Assembly (NCBI GenBank): GCA_963798845.1
Contig: CAWCUS010000002.1
Span: 416,001 to 480,000, forward strand
Length of the DNA: 64,000 nt
Source: an uncultured Gemmatimonadales bacterium
Lineage (GTDB): Bacteria > Gemmatimonadota > Gemmatimonadetes > Longimicrobiales > RSA9
Direction: 5' to 3'
The notes under the pieces are model-generated. The model searched no databases. It was not told the origin of the DNA and saw nothing but the letters and a program-made list of their open reading frames with translations. The position numbers and the translations under genes are program-made. This document shows positions 34,310 to 45,429 of the stretch, one piece after another (position 1 is the first letter of the stretch; every line of letters begins with the position of its first letter).

Positions 34310-35059
34310 TCAGGCGGGGCCGGGCCAATCGAAGGTCGTCACGCGGACGACAGGGGATTCGAGGGCGACGGCGGCCACGTGGGCAGTGGGGGCGGGGATC
34401 TCGACCACGGCCCAGCCATTCGTGCGCTGGTGCATTTCGGACGTGAGGGCCAGGAGGCCGGGCCCGTTCGTGGCATCGGGGTCGACTGCGAAGGAGCGCA
34501 GGTCGCCGGCGCCAAGACCCAGCCCGACGCCCTTCACGAAAGCTTCCTTCATGACCCAGTGGCGCAGGAAGAGACGCGCTCGCCCGGGCGGGGTGGTGGC
34601 CAGGATCCGGGCCAGCTCGGGGGCCGCGAAGAAGCGCCGGGCGATACCCTCGGCGTCGGGCGCGCGGTCCAGGCGCTCGACATCCACGCCTACGCGTGCG
34701 TCCAGCGCCACGGCGACCAGCACCGCGTCTCCGGAATGAGAGAGATTGAATTCGACGCTGCGCTTCGCGCTTCCGGGCGCCAGGCGCGGCTTCCCGTGCG
34801 GGCCGGTGCGGAAGCGGATCGTGTCGGGCTCGAGGCCGGCGTACCGGCCCAGAATCACTCGAAGGAGGCCGTGCGCGATGCGGAAGCGGAGGCCGTCGGC
34901 CTCGCGACGGAACCGGTCCGCGCGGTCCCGCTCGTCCTGGGAAAGCAACGGGGGCAGCGTCGCCTCGAGCGTCGGGTCAGGCCCGCAGCGGGCGCGCCAG
35001 ACGTGGACCTCGCCGGGGCCGACCGGTGGCGTTCCGGCCGGAAGGAGAGGTGGGTTCAT
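34310..35059 (-). CDS. Sfp-type 4'-phosphopantetheinyl transferase (appears in frame with the NRPS in this sequence)
   Basis: Motifs GKP, FNLSHSG, VGVDVE and WVMKEAFVKG.G.GL. Its own ATG is at 35059. Confidence 0.9.
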   Translation of the reverse strand: MNPPLLPAGTPPVGPGEVHVWRARCGPDPTLEATLPPLLSQDERDRADRFRREADGLRFRIAHGLLRVILGRYAGLEPDTIRFRTGPHGKPRLAPGSAKRSVEFNLSHSGDAVLVAVALDARVGVDVERLDRAPDAEGIARRFFAAPELARILATTPPGRARLFLRHWVMKEAFVKGVGLGLGAGDLRSFAVDPDATNGPGLLALTSEMHQRTNGWAVVEIPAPTAHVAAVALESPVVRVTTFDWPGPA

Positions 35060-38000
35060 GAGGCGGTTCGGCCCTGCTTGGGGGATCCGGCCCGGCGCAG
35101 CAGGCGGCCGAGCAGGCGGCCCAGAGGCTGACTGTCGTCCGTGAGCAGACTCGAGATGGTCGCCGCTCATGGAGTACACTTCGGCGCGATCGGCGACCCG
35201 CGCCCAGAGCCGAGGTGATGTCGAGGAGGAGACTGTCTCGTCCGCTTCGGCTGCTACGACCACAAGCTCGCCGCGAAAGTGTTCGGGAACGTATCCCCGC
35301 ATGGCCCGAGCGAAGTAGTCGGCACGTGCCAGGTGCTCGTTGTGGGGGCGAGGCGGCGTCGGATCTGCAGACCCTCTCAGCCGGCCGACGGTGTGGATGA
35401 GTCGTGCCGCGACGCGTCTGCTCTCTCCCACCACCCAGGTGGCGAGGACCGCCGCCCGCCGCACGCCGGCGAGGTGCGGACCCGCCGTCGCGCCCGCGCC
35501 GATCCAGCCGGAGACGAGCCGTTGGGCCGACCTGCGCGTGGCGTGGAAGAGGGCGCGCCGGCGCTGAGACGGGAGGTGAACCATCCGGGAAACCCGGTCC
35601 AGGAACGCGGCGTAGCGGGCCAGCCCGACGTTGCGACCCGGCGCATCCACGAGGACGAGCAGTTCCACGGTCTCTCCCGCTGCCACGAGTCGCTGGGCGG
35701 CTTCGAAGGCCACCACTCCGCCGTTGCAGTGTCCGCCGAGACGATAGGGTCCGTGCGGGCGGACCCGGCGCACTTCACGGAGGAGGTCGTCGGCCATTTC
35801 TTCGATGGTTTCCGGACCACCTGGCTGATGGGGGTGGACGATGTAGACCGGCTGACTCTCGTCGAACTCGGCCACCAGCCCGCGAGAGTAGAGGCCCGCC
35901 CCGTTGAAGTCGCCGTGGAAGAGGAAGAACGGGGCGATCCGGGTGTCGCCCTCCCGAACCCGGACGACGGGCGAAGCGGTTTCCAACTCCTGACTGGCAA
36001 GGACCCGGGCGAGGTGAGCCACGGTGGGCTCTTCGAACAGCACCCGCAGCTCCAGATGCCGGCCGGTGGCGGCTTCCACACGCCGGATCATCTCGAGTGC
36101 GAGGAGCGAATGCCCCCCCAGGTCGAAGAAGCTGTCCCGGGCGCCCACGGCCTCGACGCCGAGGAGAGCCGTCCAGATGTCAGCGATCTGGCGCCTGAGC
36201 GGATCTCCCAGGGGGCGAGCCCCGCTGGCCCGTTCCGTACCTGTCGTCGTCAGCGCCTGCCGGTCCACCTTCCCGCTGGCCGTGAGCGGGAGAGCGTTCA
36301 GCGTGAACAGAACGCTCGGGACCATGTAGGCCGGGAGGTGCTGGCGGAGCTGGTCCTGCAATCGCGTCCGGTCCAGGTCGTCCGGACCTGCCACATAGGC
36401 GACGAGGTGGCGGCCCGGCCCTTCGCCCTGGAGCACGACCGCCGCGTCGCGCACGTCCTCGCATCGCCGCAGCGCCCCCTCCACTTCACCCAGCTCGATG
36501 CGGAATCCCCGCAACTTCACCTGGGTATCGAGTCGCCCGCCGAACTCGAGCTCCCCGTCCAGGTTCCAGCGAGCGCGGTCGCCGGTGCGGTAGAGCCGGC
36601 GACCGGGTGAGTCGGCGAACGGGTCGGGAATGAAGCGGTCCGCACCGGCCGTCGCGGCGCCGAGATAGCCGGCGGCCACACCTGCGCCGCCCACGTGCAG
36701 GTCGCCCCAGAGTCCACGTGGCTGTGGCTTTCCGCGGGAGTCCAGGACCCAGGCGGTGGAGTTGGCGATCGGCCGCCCGATCGGCAGTGTGGTCGCGCCG
36801 GGCGGGACGCCCCTTACGGCATACCAGGTGGAGAAGGTGGTGTTCTCGGTGGGGCCGTAGACGTGGAGCAGGCGCTCGGGCGGAGATCCGCTCTCCAGCA
36901 CACGACGGGCGGCCTCCGCGTCGGCGGTCTCGCCCCCGAACAGGAGATGGCGGAGGGAGCCGAACGCCGCGGGGCGCTCACGGGTCACCTGATTGAAGAG
37001 AGCGGTGGTCAGGAAGAGCGTCGTGATGCCCCGCTCGTGGAGGAAACGCTCGAGCTCGCGAGGCGAGTGCAGGCGCGGGCCCGGAATGGTCAGGCGAGCG
37101 CCGTTGAGGAGTGCTCCCCAGATCTCGAACGTGGCGGCATCGAAGCTGGGTGTGGACGCCTGGGCCACCACGTCGTCCGCCCGGAGCTCCACGTAGTCGG
37201 AGCCCAGGACCAGTCGCACGATCGCCCGATGGGGCACGGCCACGCCCTTCGGCCGGCCCGTGCTTCCGGACGTGTAGATGACGTAGGCGAGGTCGTCGGC
37301 GGCCCCGGCGACGAAGGTCGCGGGCGGCGCCTCGTCTGCCCGTTCAGGATCGGCGCCGAGCTCCACGACCTCGACGCCGGTGCCCCGGAGGCCAGGAAGC
37401 GCCGGGGTCGCCGCGATCACGCGAGCTATGGCCGCGTCCTCGATCAGGAGCTCCAGCCTCTGCTGCGGGAGCATCGGGTCGAGCGGGACGTAGCAGCCGC
37501 CCGCCTTGAGGATGCCGAGCAGCGCGACCACCAGCGGCGCGCCGCGCTCCATGCACACGCCCACGCGCTCGCCGGGTTCGAGCCCCGAGGCAAGCAGACG
37601 ACGGGCGAGCGCTCCACTGCGGGCGTCGAGATCGGCGTATGTGAGGCGCTCGCGCGTGTCCTCCACGGCCACTGCGTCGGGCGTCCGGGCGGCCGCGGCG
37701 GCGAACAGCTCGTGCACCGTCCCTTCCGGGAGCGGCCGCCCGGTCCGGTTCCAATCGAGCGCCCACCGGCGCTCCTCATCGGAGCAGAGGTCCAGGTCGG
37801 CCACGGGCCGGTGAGGGTCCGCCAAGGCCGCGGACACGAGCGTGAGGAAGAGCTCGAGGAAGTGGGCGGCTGTGCGGGGCTGGAAGAGGTCGCCGTCGTA
37901 TTCAAGACGCAGCTCGAGCCCGTCCGCGGCGGGAGAAGACGCGAGGAAGAGGTCGAACTTGGAGGTGCCCGTGTGCAGCGCGATGCGCTCCACCACGAGG

Positions 38001-41000
38001 CCATGCAGCCGCGGCACGCGCCGACCGTCCGGATCCAGCGCGAATGCCACCTGTGTCAGGGGGTTGGCGCTGCCGTCCCGCTCGACCCCGCTGGCCTCGA
38101 CCATGGCCTCGAGGGGCACCGCCTCATCGCCGTAGATCGCGAGCATGGCGGCCCGAACGCGGCCCAGGGCGTCGGCGAACGACAGCTCGCCGGCGAAATC
38201 GACGCGGATCGGAACCGTGTTGGCGAAAAGGCCGATGAGCGGCTCGAGCTCCGGGCGGGGTCGACCGGCCATCGGCGTCCCGACCACGATGTCATCCTGG
38301 CCGGTGAGCCGGGAGAGCAGCACCTGGAACGTGGCGAGGAGCGCCATGTGGAGGGTGCATCGCTCCCGCTCGGCAAGCTGGCGAAGCTCTTCCAGCAGGT
38401 GATCGGGCAGCCGCGCTCGACACTGTCCACCGGCCTTGCCACGCGTTCCCGCGCGAGGCCGGTCGGTGGGAAGCTCGAGCGCCCGGGCTCCGTGCAGCCG
38501 CTTCGACCACCGTTCGAGGCCCGGCCGCAGGAGTACCTCGTGCCGACGCTGCCAGGTCGCGTAGGCACCGTAGGAGACAGGGACATCCCGCAGGCTCGGC
38601 TCGGCACCCGTCACGGCCGCCCCGTAGAGCGTTTCCAGCTCCTCGAAGAGGATGTTCCCGGACTCGCCATCGGCGGCGATGTGGTGAATACACAGGAAGA
38701 GCGCGTGCTCGCCGGCGCCGTGCCGGAAGAGCCGGGCGCGGAAGGGAATCTCCTTCCCCAGGTCGAACGGTCGGCGCGCCTCCTCTTCCAGCCGTCGCAT
38801 GACCGTGGCGCGGGGATCCTCCGGGCCGCTGGCGATGTCTTCGACCACGAGCTCAAAGGCGTCTGCACGGGTGGTGACCTGGACGGGCCCGTCCGCCCCC
38901 TCCCGGATGCGGGTCCGGAGCGGCTCGTGCCGCTGGACGATCCGGCGCAGGGCGTCACTCAGCGCCGGGGCATCCAGCGGGCCGTCAATACGGAATGCCC
39001 ACGGGATGTTGTACGTGGCCCGTCCCGGGTCCAGCCGATCGAGGAACCACAAGCGCCGCTGCCCGAAGGAGAGGGGGGCGAGACTATCGCTCCGGGGATC
39101 CACCGGAGGGAACGTGAAGCCCGTACTCTGGCGGCCGGGTTCCAGGAACGCGGCCAGGCCCGCCACGGTGGCATGCTCGAAGATCGCGCGGAGCGGGACC
39201 TCCATGCCGAGCGCGGCCTCAGCGCGCCCCGCGACCCGCATGGCCGCCAGGGAGTGGCCGCCCGCTTCGAAGAAGTCCACGTTCCGCCCGATCGGCCGGA
39301 CCCCGAGAACGCCCTCCCAGATCTCACACAGCGTGGTCTCCAGCGGGTTCCGGGGCGGCTCGTGCGGTGTCGCCCCGACCGGATCGGGATCCGGGAGGCT
39401 CCGCCGGTCGACCTTGCCGTTGGGCAGGAGGGGCAGCTCCGCGAGCCGCACGAAGGCCGCCGGGATCATGTGTTCCGGGAGGGAGCGGCGCAGGTGGGCA
39501 CCGAGGACGTCCGGGTGGAACGCGCCGCGGGCAGGCACCACGTAGGCCACCAGACGGAGGTCGCCCGCGCCGTCCCGCCGCGGGATCACCACCGCGTGGC
39601 GCACCGAAGGATGGCTCCCCAGGGCCGCCACGACCTCTCCTGGCTCGATGCGGAACCCGCGGATCTTGACCTGGTCGTCCGCCCGGCCGAGGAAGTCCAG
39701 GGCGCCATCCTCGCGGCGCCGGACGATGTCGCCGGTCCGGAACAGGCGCGCTCCTCGCACGGCCGAAAACGGGTCCGGGATGAACCGTTCTGCCGTCAGC
39801 TCGGGGCGATCGTGGTAGCCCCGGGCGACGCAGGATCCGCCAATGTACAGCTCGCCGGCAACCCCCGGCGGCACCACATCGAGCCGCTCGTCAAGGACGT
39901 GCACATCCACGTTGGCCATGGGGTGCCCGATCGGGACCACGTGTCCTTCCCCTGACGTTGGCCGCGTCAGCTCCTGGACGGTGGCCCAGACCGTTGTCTC
40001 CGTCGGCCCGTAGACATTGAAGAGGGACGCGCCCCGGCCATGACGGCGCCAGAGTGCGAGCCGGTCCGGGCGGGCCGCTTCGCCCCCAATGATCATGGCG
40101 CGCACTGCGGACGGGATCTCGAGACCATCCTCCTCCATGGAAACCACCATCTCGTGCCAGAAGGCGGTGTTGACCCGAAGCAGCGTCACACCTCTCTCTT
40201 CGCACGCGCGCAGGAAGCGGGGGACCGATGCGAGCATGGCGGGCGTGCACACCACCACGGCCGCGCCGGCCGCGAGGGGGGTGAAGATCTCGGCGACGGA
40301 CGCGTCGAAATTGATGGACGAGAACTGGAGCCCGCGGTCGGCCGGCCCGACCTGGTACAGGTCCCGCCCGGCCCGGACCAGGTTGACGACGGAACCATGC
40401 GTGACCTCCACACCCTTGGGCGTGCCCGTGGAGCCTGAGGTGTAAATGATGTAGGCGAGCGGGTCCGGGGGAGCGGGCCCGGCCGCGCCGGAAGGAGAAG
40501 TCCGCGGAGCGTCGTGCGTTCCCGGGTCGTCCAGGCAGAGGGCGGGGATCGACTGGAGCGGCAGGCGCGAGCGCAGCCGCCGGGTTGTGACGATGGCCTC
40601 CATCCCCGAATCGTGGGCGATGAACGCCAGGCGCTCCGACGGATAGTCGGGGTCGAGGGGGACATAGGCGCCGCCTGCCTTGAGAATCCCGAGCAGAGCA
40701 ACGATCTGGCCCGGGGACCGTTCGACGAAGACACCGACGCGGCTTTCCGGGGCGAGCCCGACCGCTCGCAGCCGCGCGGCGAGCTGGTCGGCCCGGTGGT
40801 TCAGGTCGTCGCGAGAGAGCACCTCGCCCTCGCCGATGACGGCCGTGGCTCCCGGTTCGCGGGCCGCCTGCGCCTCCACCAGGGTGTGGATGCGGGACTC
40901 AGGGGAAAGGGGGCGGCGGGGTCCGCGGCCGGCCTCGATCAGGCGTGCGCGCTCCTCGGGTCGGAGCAGGGATGCAGCGGCGATCGCGCCGTCGGGGTCG

Positions 41001-42433
41001 GCCACGAGACCCTCGAGGAGTGTCTCCAGCTGGGTCAGGAGGCGGCGCACGTAGCCGGGATCGAATAGCTCGAGGCTGTAGGTCAGAACACACTCGAGTC
41101 CTCCGTGTGCGCGCGTGACGTCCAGACTGAGATCGAGCAGGCTCCGGCCGTGGAAGCCCGCGCGCGCTTCCACGTCCAGGCCCTCGAACTCCGCCGGTGG
41201 GTGCGGGAGGATCCGGTCGTTGAACGCAATCTGGAAGACCGGCGTGATGCCGGCCGCACGAGTGAGCCTCAGGTCCGCGACCACGCGATCGAACGGCACG
41301 GCCTGATGGGCGAAGGCCTCCAGCAGTCCGCTACGGACCCGATCCACCACCTGTCGAAACGACGGGTCGCCCGAGAGCTCGGAGCGAACCGGGAGCATGT
41401 TGACGAAGTACCCGACCAGATCCTCCTGCTCGCTGCGAGTACGGCCGGCAATGGGCACGCCCACCACGAGGTCGCGAGCACCGGAGTGGCGAGAAAGGAG
41501 GACCTGAAACGCGGCCAGGAGAACGGCGGAGTCGGTCGCGCCCTGCTGCCGGCCCAGCTCCCGCAGGCCACTCACCAGTCGCTCCGGCAGACGCCGCTCC
41601 TCCTGAGCCGCCGCATAGGTGCGGTGCGCCCTGCGCGGGCGGGTGGGCGGGAGCGTCGACTCCGGCGGCGCACCGTGCAGCCGGAGTCGCCAGTAATCGA
41701 GCTCGCGAGCGAGCCGGCCGGACTCCAGGCGCTCCGCTTCCCAGGCGGCGTAGTCACCGTACTGGATCGGGAGGGGCGGGAGCGTCGGATCCCCTCGCAG
41801 GGCACCCCGGTAGGCCGCAGCGAGATCACGCAGGAACACGCCCGTGGACCAGCCGTCGAAGGCAATGTGGTGGAATACCAGGTGGAGGAGGTGGTCTCCG
41901 GCCGCGAACCGAAACAGCTTGGCCCGGACGACCTCTCCAGCCGCAAGATCGAACGGCCGGAGCGCATCGGACCTCGCCTCCTCCCGCCAGGCCGCGGTCT
42001 GGGCTACGTCCGAATCGCCGACCCCTGCCGATCGCCGTTCCGACGCCGCCACATCGACTTTCGGCAGCGCCAGCCCGTGGCCCGGAACGACCCGCTGACT
42101 GAGGGCGCCGTCGGTCCCCATCTCGTAGCACGTGCGCAAGATCTCGTGTCGACGAACGACCTCCCCCAGCGCGCGCTCCAGGGCTGCGACCTCCAACGGC
42201 CCCCGCAGTCGGACTTCCTTGGGGAGGTGGTAGGCCGCGCTGCCCGGCTCGAGTCGCTCGAAAAACCAGACCTGCTGCTGCCGGGACGAGAGCGGCGCTT
42301 CGCTGGCCGCCGCCCTGTGCGGGATCGGCGCCCCGACGGCGGTGGGCGGCGCGCCCTCGCGGGCGCGGCGAGCGAGCATCTCCCGGGCCGCAGGGGAAAG
42401 CCCGGAAAGGCCCTCCGGTAACGGGTCGGCCAT
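35056..42433 (-). CDS. Two-module NRPS C-A-PCP-C-A-PCP-TE (probable 1-nt insertion near 35152 merges it with the PPTase)
   Basis: C domains HHIAFDG and HHIAADG. A domains YTSGSTG.PKG and YGPTE (twice). PCPs GGHSL (twice). TE GHCNG..GDH. Confidence 0.93.
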
Positions 42434-43314
42434 CAGGGCGACGGGTGGTCGGGGTCCACGGTCACGACGGTTCCGGCCCCGGGGCGCGCGCCGCCACGGA
42501 GGTTCTCCTCGAGAATGGCGTTGCAGTCGGCCACTCCGGGATAATCGGGGCCCGCCCCCTCCAGACGTCCGCCGTCCGCAGCGAGCCGTCTCAACGCCTG
42601 GTCGATGGAGTGCTGTGCGGCGAACAGACAGGGCGTGCTGTAGATCGCCAGGTCGATCCCCGCCGAGGCCAGCTCCTCGAGGGATCGCGGCTCGGCCTTG
42701 CCCCCGGCGATCTGGTTGAATGCCCAGGGACGGTCGACTTCCCTTCGCAGTGTGCGGACCACCTCGAGATCGACCCCGTCCACCAGCACGGCGTCGGCGC
42801 CCGCCTGTGCGAAGGCCCGTACTCGCCGAAGCGCCTCCGCCGGCTCGCTCGCGTCGGTCCGGGCAACGACCAGGAGATCGGAGCGGGCCTCGAGCACCCG
42901 CTCCAGTTTCGACAGGTACTCATCCAGCTCCAGCAGCTGCTTGCCTTCGAGGTGACCGCACTTGCGCGGGCGCCGCTGGTCCTCCAGCACCACGCCGGAC
43001 GCGCCGGCCTGCTCGAGTGTGGCAGTCACGCGGGCGGCCACCACGGCATCGCCGTAGCCGTCGTCGATGTCCACCAGGAGGTGGTGGTCCGGCAGGACCC
43101 CGCGGACCCGGTGGACCAGCGAGACGATGTCGGGCCATGCCACGAAGCCCACGTCCGGCAGCCCGTAATGGCTGGCGGCCAGGCCGAAGCCACTGAGGAA
43201 CAGGGCATCGAAGTGGCGTGCGGCCAGGGACGCGGAGAACACGTCGTAGATGCCGATGAACGGGACGGTGGCGCCTCCCGCCAATCGTTCCCGCACCTCT
43301 GTGCCGGCGCTCAT
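42433..43314 (-). CDS. Isocitrate lyase/PEP mutase superfamily lyase, oxaloacetate acetylhydrolase-like
   Basis: Motifs LSGF, VDIDDGYG, LEDQ..RKCGH, VARTD and AIYS. Confidence 0.8.
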   Translation of the reverse strand: MSAGTEVRERLAGGATVPFIGIYDVFSASLAARHFDALFLSGFGLAASHYGLPDVGFVAWPDIVSLVHRVRGVLPDHHLLVDIDDGYGDAVVAARVTATLEQAGASGVVLEDQRRPRKCGHLEGKQLLELDEYLSKLERVLEARSDLLVVARTDASEPAEALRRVRAFAQAGADAVLVDGVDLEVVRTLRREVDRPWAFNQIAGGKAEPRSLEELASAGIDLAIYSTPCLFAAQHSIDQALRRLAADGGRLEGAGPDYPGVADCNAILEENLRGGARPGAGTVVTVDPDHPSP

Positions 43315-45161
43315 GATTCTGCGGCCATGAGAAGCTCGATTTCCGTGGCGGCACCCGCCACCGTCGGGGCATCGAAGAAACCGAGAAGCGGCAGCTCGAC
43401 CCGGAGGGAGTCCCGGATGCGCGCCACCAGCTGTGTGGCGGTGACCGAGTCCCCGCCAACCGCGAAGAAGTTGTCGTGGACGCCGGGCGGATCGCATCGC
43501 AGGACCTGCCCCCAGAGCGCCGCCAGGACTTCCTCGACCGGGGTCCGCGGCGCGACGTGGGGCGTGTCCACGCGGACGGGATCGAATGCCGGGATTCCCA
43601 GCCGGTCTGCCAGGCCAATGCGCTGGAGCTTGCCCGTAGCGCCTTTCGGGATCTCCTCCAGGAAGAGCACGCGACGCGGAACCTTGAAGTAGGCGAGGCG
43701 CGTGGCAACGAACTCCCGCAGCGCCCGCTCGGAGACATCGGCGTCCGGTCGGAGCACCACGGCCGCGGCCACATCCTCGCCCAGCTGCGGGTGGCGGACG
43801 GCGAACGCCAGCGCCTGCCGCACTGCGGGGTGCCCCATGAGCGCCTCGTCCACCTCCACCGGCGCGATCTTCTCGCCCCCGCGGTTGATGATCTCCTTGA
43901 TCCGGCCGGTCAGAACCAGGAACCCGTCCCCGTCCAGGTACCCCTGGTCTCCCGTCCGGAACCAGCCATCGGTGAAGGCGGTCCGGTTCGCCTCCGGGTT
44001 GTTCGCATAGCCGGCGGTCACGTTGGGGCCCCGGATCGCGACTTCCCCCGTCTCGCCCGTGCCCAGCCTCTCCCCCGCAGGGCCCAGGATGGCAACATCG
44101 GGTCCCGAGGCCGGGCCCACGGAGCCCGGCTTCCGTCCGCCCGGCGGCAAGGGATTGCTTGCGATCTGGTGCGCCGCTTCGGTCATGCCGTACGCTTCCA
44201 CCACCGGCACGGCGAAGACCCGCTCCAGCTCCGCCAGCGTGGCCCGCGGGAGCGGGGAAGACGACGAGCGGATGAACCGGAGCCGCGCCCGATCGATCAC
44301 CTCCCGGTTCGCTTCCGCCCGCGACAGGATCGCCTGGTGCATGGTCGGCACCGCCGTATACCACGTCGGTGCCGTCTCCTCCAGCCAGTCGAAGAAGTCG
44401 GGAGCCTGGAATCCCGGCGTGCAGATCACGCTGCCGCCCGCACGCAGCGACGAGAGGGCCGCCGCGACGAGGCCATGGATGTGGAAGAGGGGCATCACGT
44501 TCAGACAGCGATCGGCCTCGGTCAGGCCGAGCGCGCTCCCGACATTCGCCGCCGAAGCAGAGAGGTTGCCGTGGGACAGCGGCACCTGCTTCGGCCGCGA
44601 GGTCGTGCCGGAAGTATGCAGAACGAGGGCGACATCCGGCGCCTCAGGAGGCCTGGCCTCGCCGGCCACGCTCGCCGCCCCAGCGCCGCGGAGTCGCACG
44701 AGGCCCGCCGCCGCCTCCTCCTCCTCGTTCCGAACCGCTTCGAGCACCGGGATCCCCAGGCGCCGCGCCACCTCCCGCGCCGGGGAGTCCAGCGTCCCGT
44801 CGATCACCAGGATCCGGGCCGCCAGGTCCCCCAGGTAGAATTCCAGCTCGGGCGCCTGGTACGCCGGGTTGAGAGGCGCGGCTGCGCCCGCCGAAGCGGC
44901 CGCCAAAAAGAGGACCGCCGCTTCCGGGCCGTTCGGCAGGACCAGAGCTACCGCATCGCCGCGGCGTATTCCCCGATCGGTGAGGTCGGCCGACAGATCG
45001 CGCATGCGTCGGTCGAGTGACTCGTACGAGAGCGGGGGGCGTCCCGGCGCCGCGATGGCCGCATGCGCGGGCGTGTGCCGGGCGTGCCATGCGAGCATGG
45101 AGGGGAGGGTCGCCTCCGCTCCGGGCGCGGACAGCGCTGGGCTACCATTGAATCGGGTCAT
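43311..45161 (-). CDS. Oxalate--CoA ligase-like adenylating enzyme with C-terminal carrier (PCP/ACP) domain
   Basis: Motifs LHTSGTTSRPK, PLFHIHGL, WYTAVPTMHQ, RFIRS.S, EAYGMTEAAHQ..SNPLPP and INRGGEKI. C-terminal NFFAVGGDS. Confidence 0.85.
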   Translation of the reverse strand: MTRFNGSPALSAPGAEATLPSMLAWHARHTPAHAAIAAPGRPPLSYESLDRRMRDLSADLTDRGIRRGDAVALVLPNGPEAAVLFLAAASAGAAAPLNPAYQAPELEFYLGDLAARILVIDGTLDSPAREVARRLGIPVLEAVRNEEEEAAAGLVRLRGAGAASVAGEARPPEAPDVALVLHTSGTTSRPKQVPLSHGNLSASAANVGSALGLTEADRCLNVMPLFHIHGLVAAALSSLRAGGSVICTPGFQAPDFFDWLEETAPTWYTAVPTMHQAILSRAEANREVIDRARLRFIRSSSSPLPRATLAELERVFAVPVVEAYGMTEAAHQIASNPLPPGGRKPGSVGPASGPDVAILGPAGERLGTGETGEVAIRGPNVTAGYANNPEANRTAFTDGWFRTGDQGYLDGDGFLVLTGRIKEIINRGGEKIAPVEVDEALMGHPAVRQALAFAVRHPQLGEDVAAAVVLRPDADVSERALREFVATRLAYFKVPRRVLFLEEIPKGATGKLQRIGLADRLGIPAFDPVRVDTPHVAPRTPVEEVLAALWGQVLRCDPPGVHDNFFAVGGDSVTATQLVARIRDSLRVELPLLGFFDAPTVAGAATEIELLMAAES

Positions 45162-45326
45162 CGGGACACATGGGTGGACGGCGCCGCTTCAAACCACCGG
45201 CCGACGGGGTCGGACAGGCACGGGCGCGCCGGGATGCAGGGACTTCGACGTGCCACGTACGATAATGCGCGTCCCGCCGGCCGTCGACCCTGGCGCCGTC
45301 CGACATCAGACATTTTCCTCCGGGGC

Positions 45327-45355
45327 TTGAGAGGAAGAGGGGGAGGCCCTACCTT
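45327..45355 (+). promoter_or_regulatory. Putative sigma-70 promoter of ffh
   Basis: TTGAGA-N17-TACCTT. Confidence 0.55.
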
Positions 45356-45429
45356 TATAGGCTCTTTGGCCACCGGTGGCGCACGCACGTCGTTCGTCCG
45401 CCGTCTCTTCTCGCATACGGGCGCTCGGG

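Noticed and set aside
36695..39955. 1086-aa plus-strand ORF, and similar long antisense ORFs at 5562, 15556, 27495, 46041 and 59639
   Set aside because: These are antisense shadows of real genes caused by high-GC codon bias, with no recognisable motifs.
42433..43314. PEP mutase, implying a phosphonate cluster
   Set aside because: It has the KCGH lyase loop instead of EDK-x5-NS, and no phosphonopyruvate decarboxylase or other phosphonate genes are nearby.
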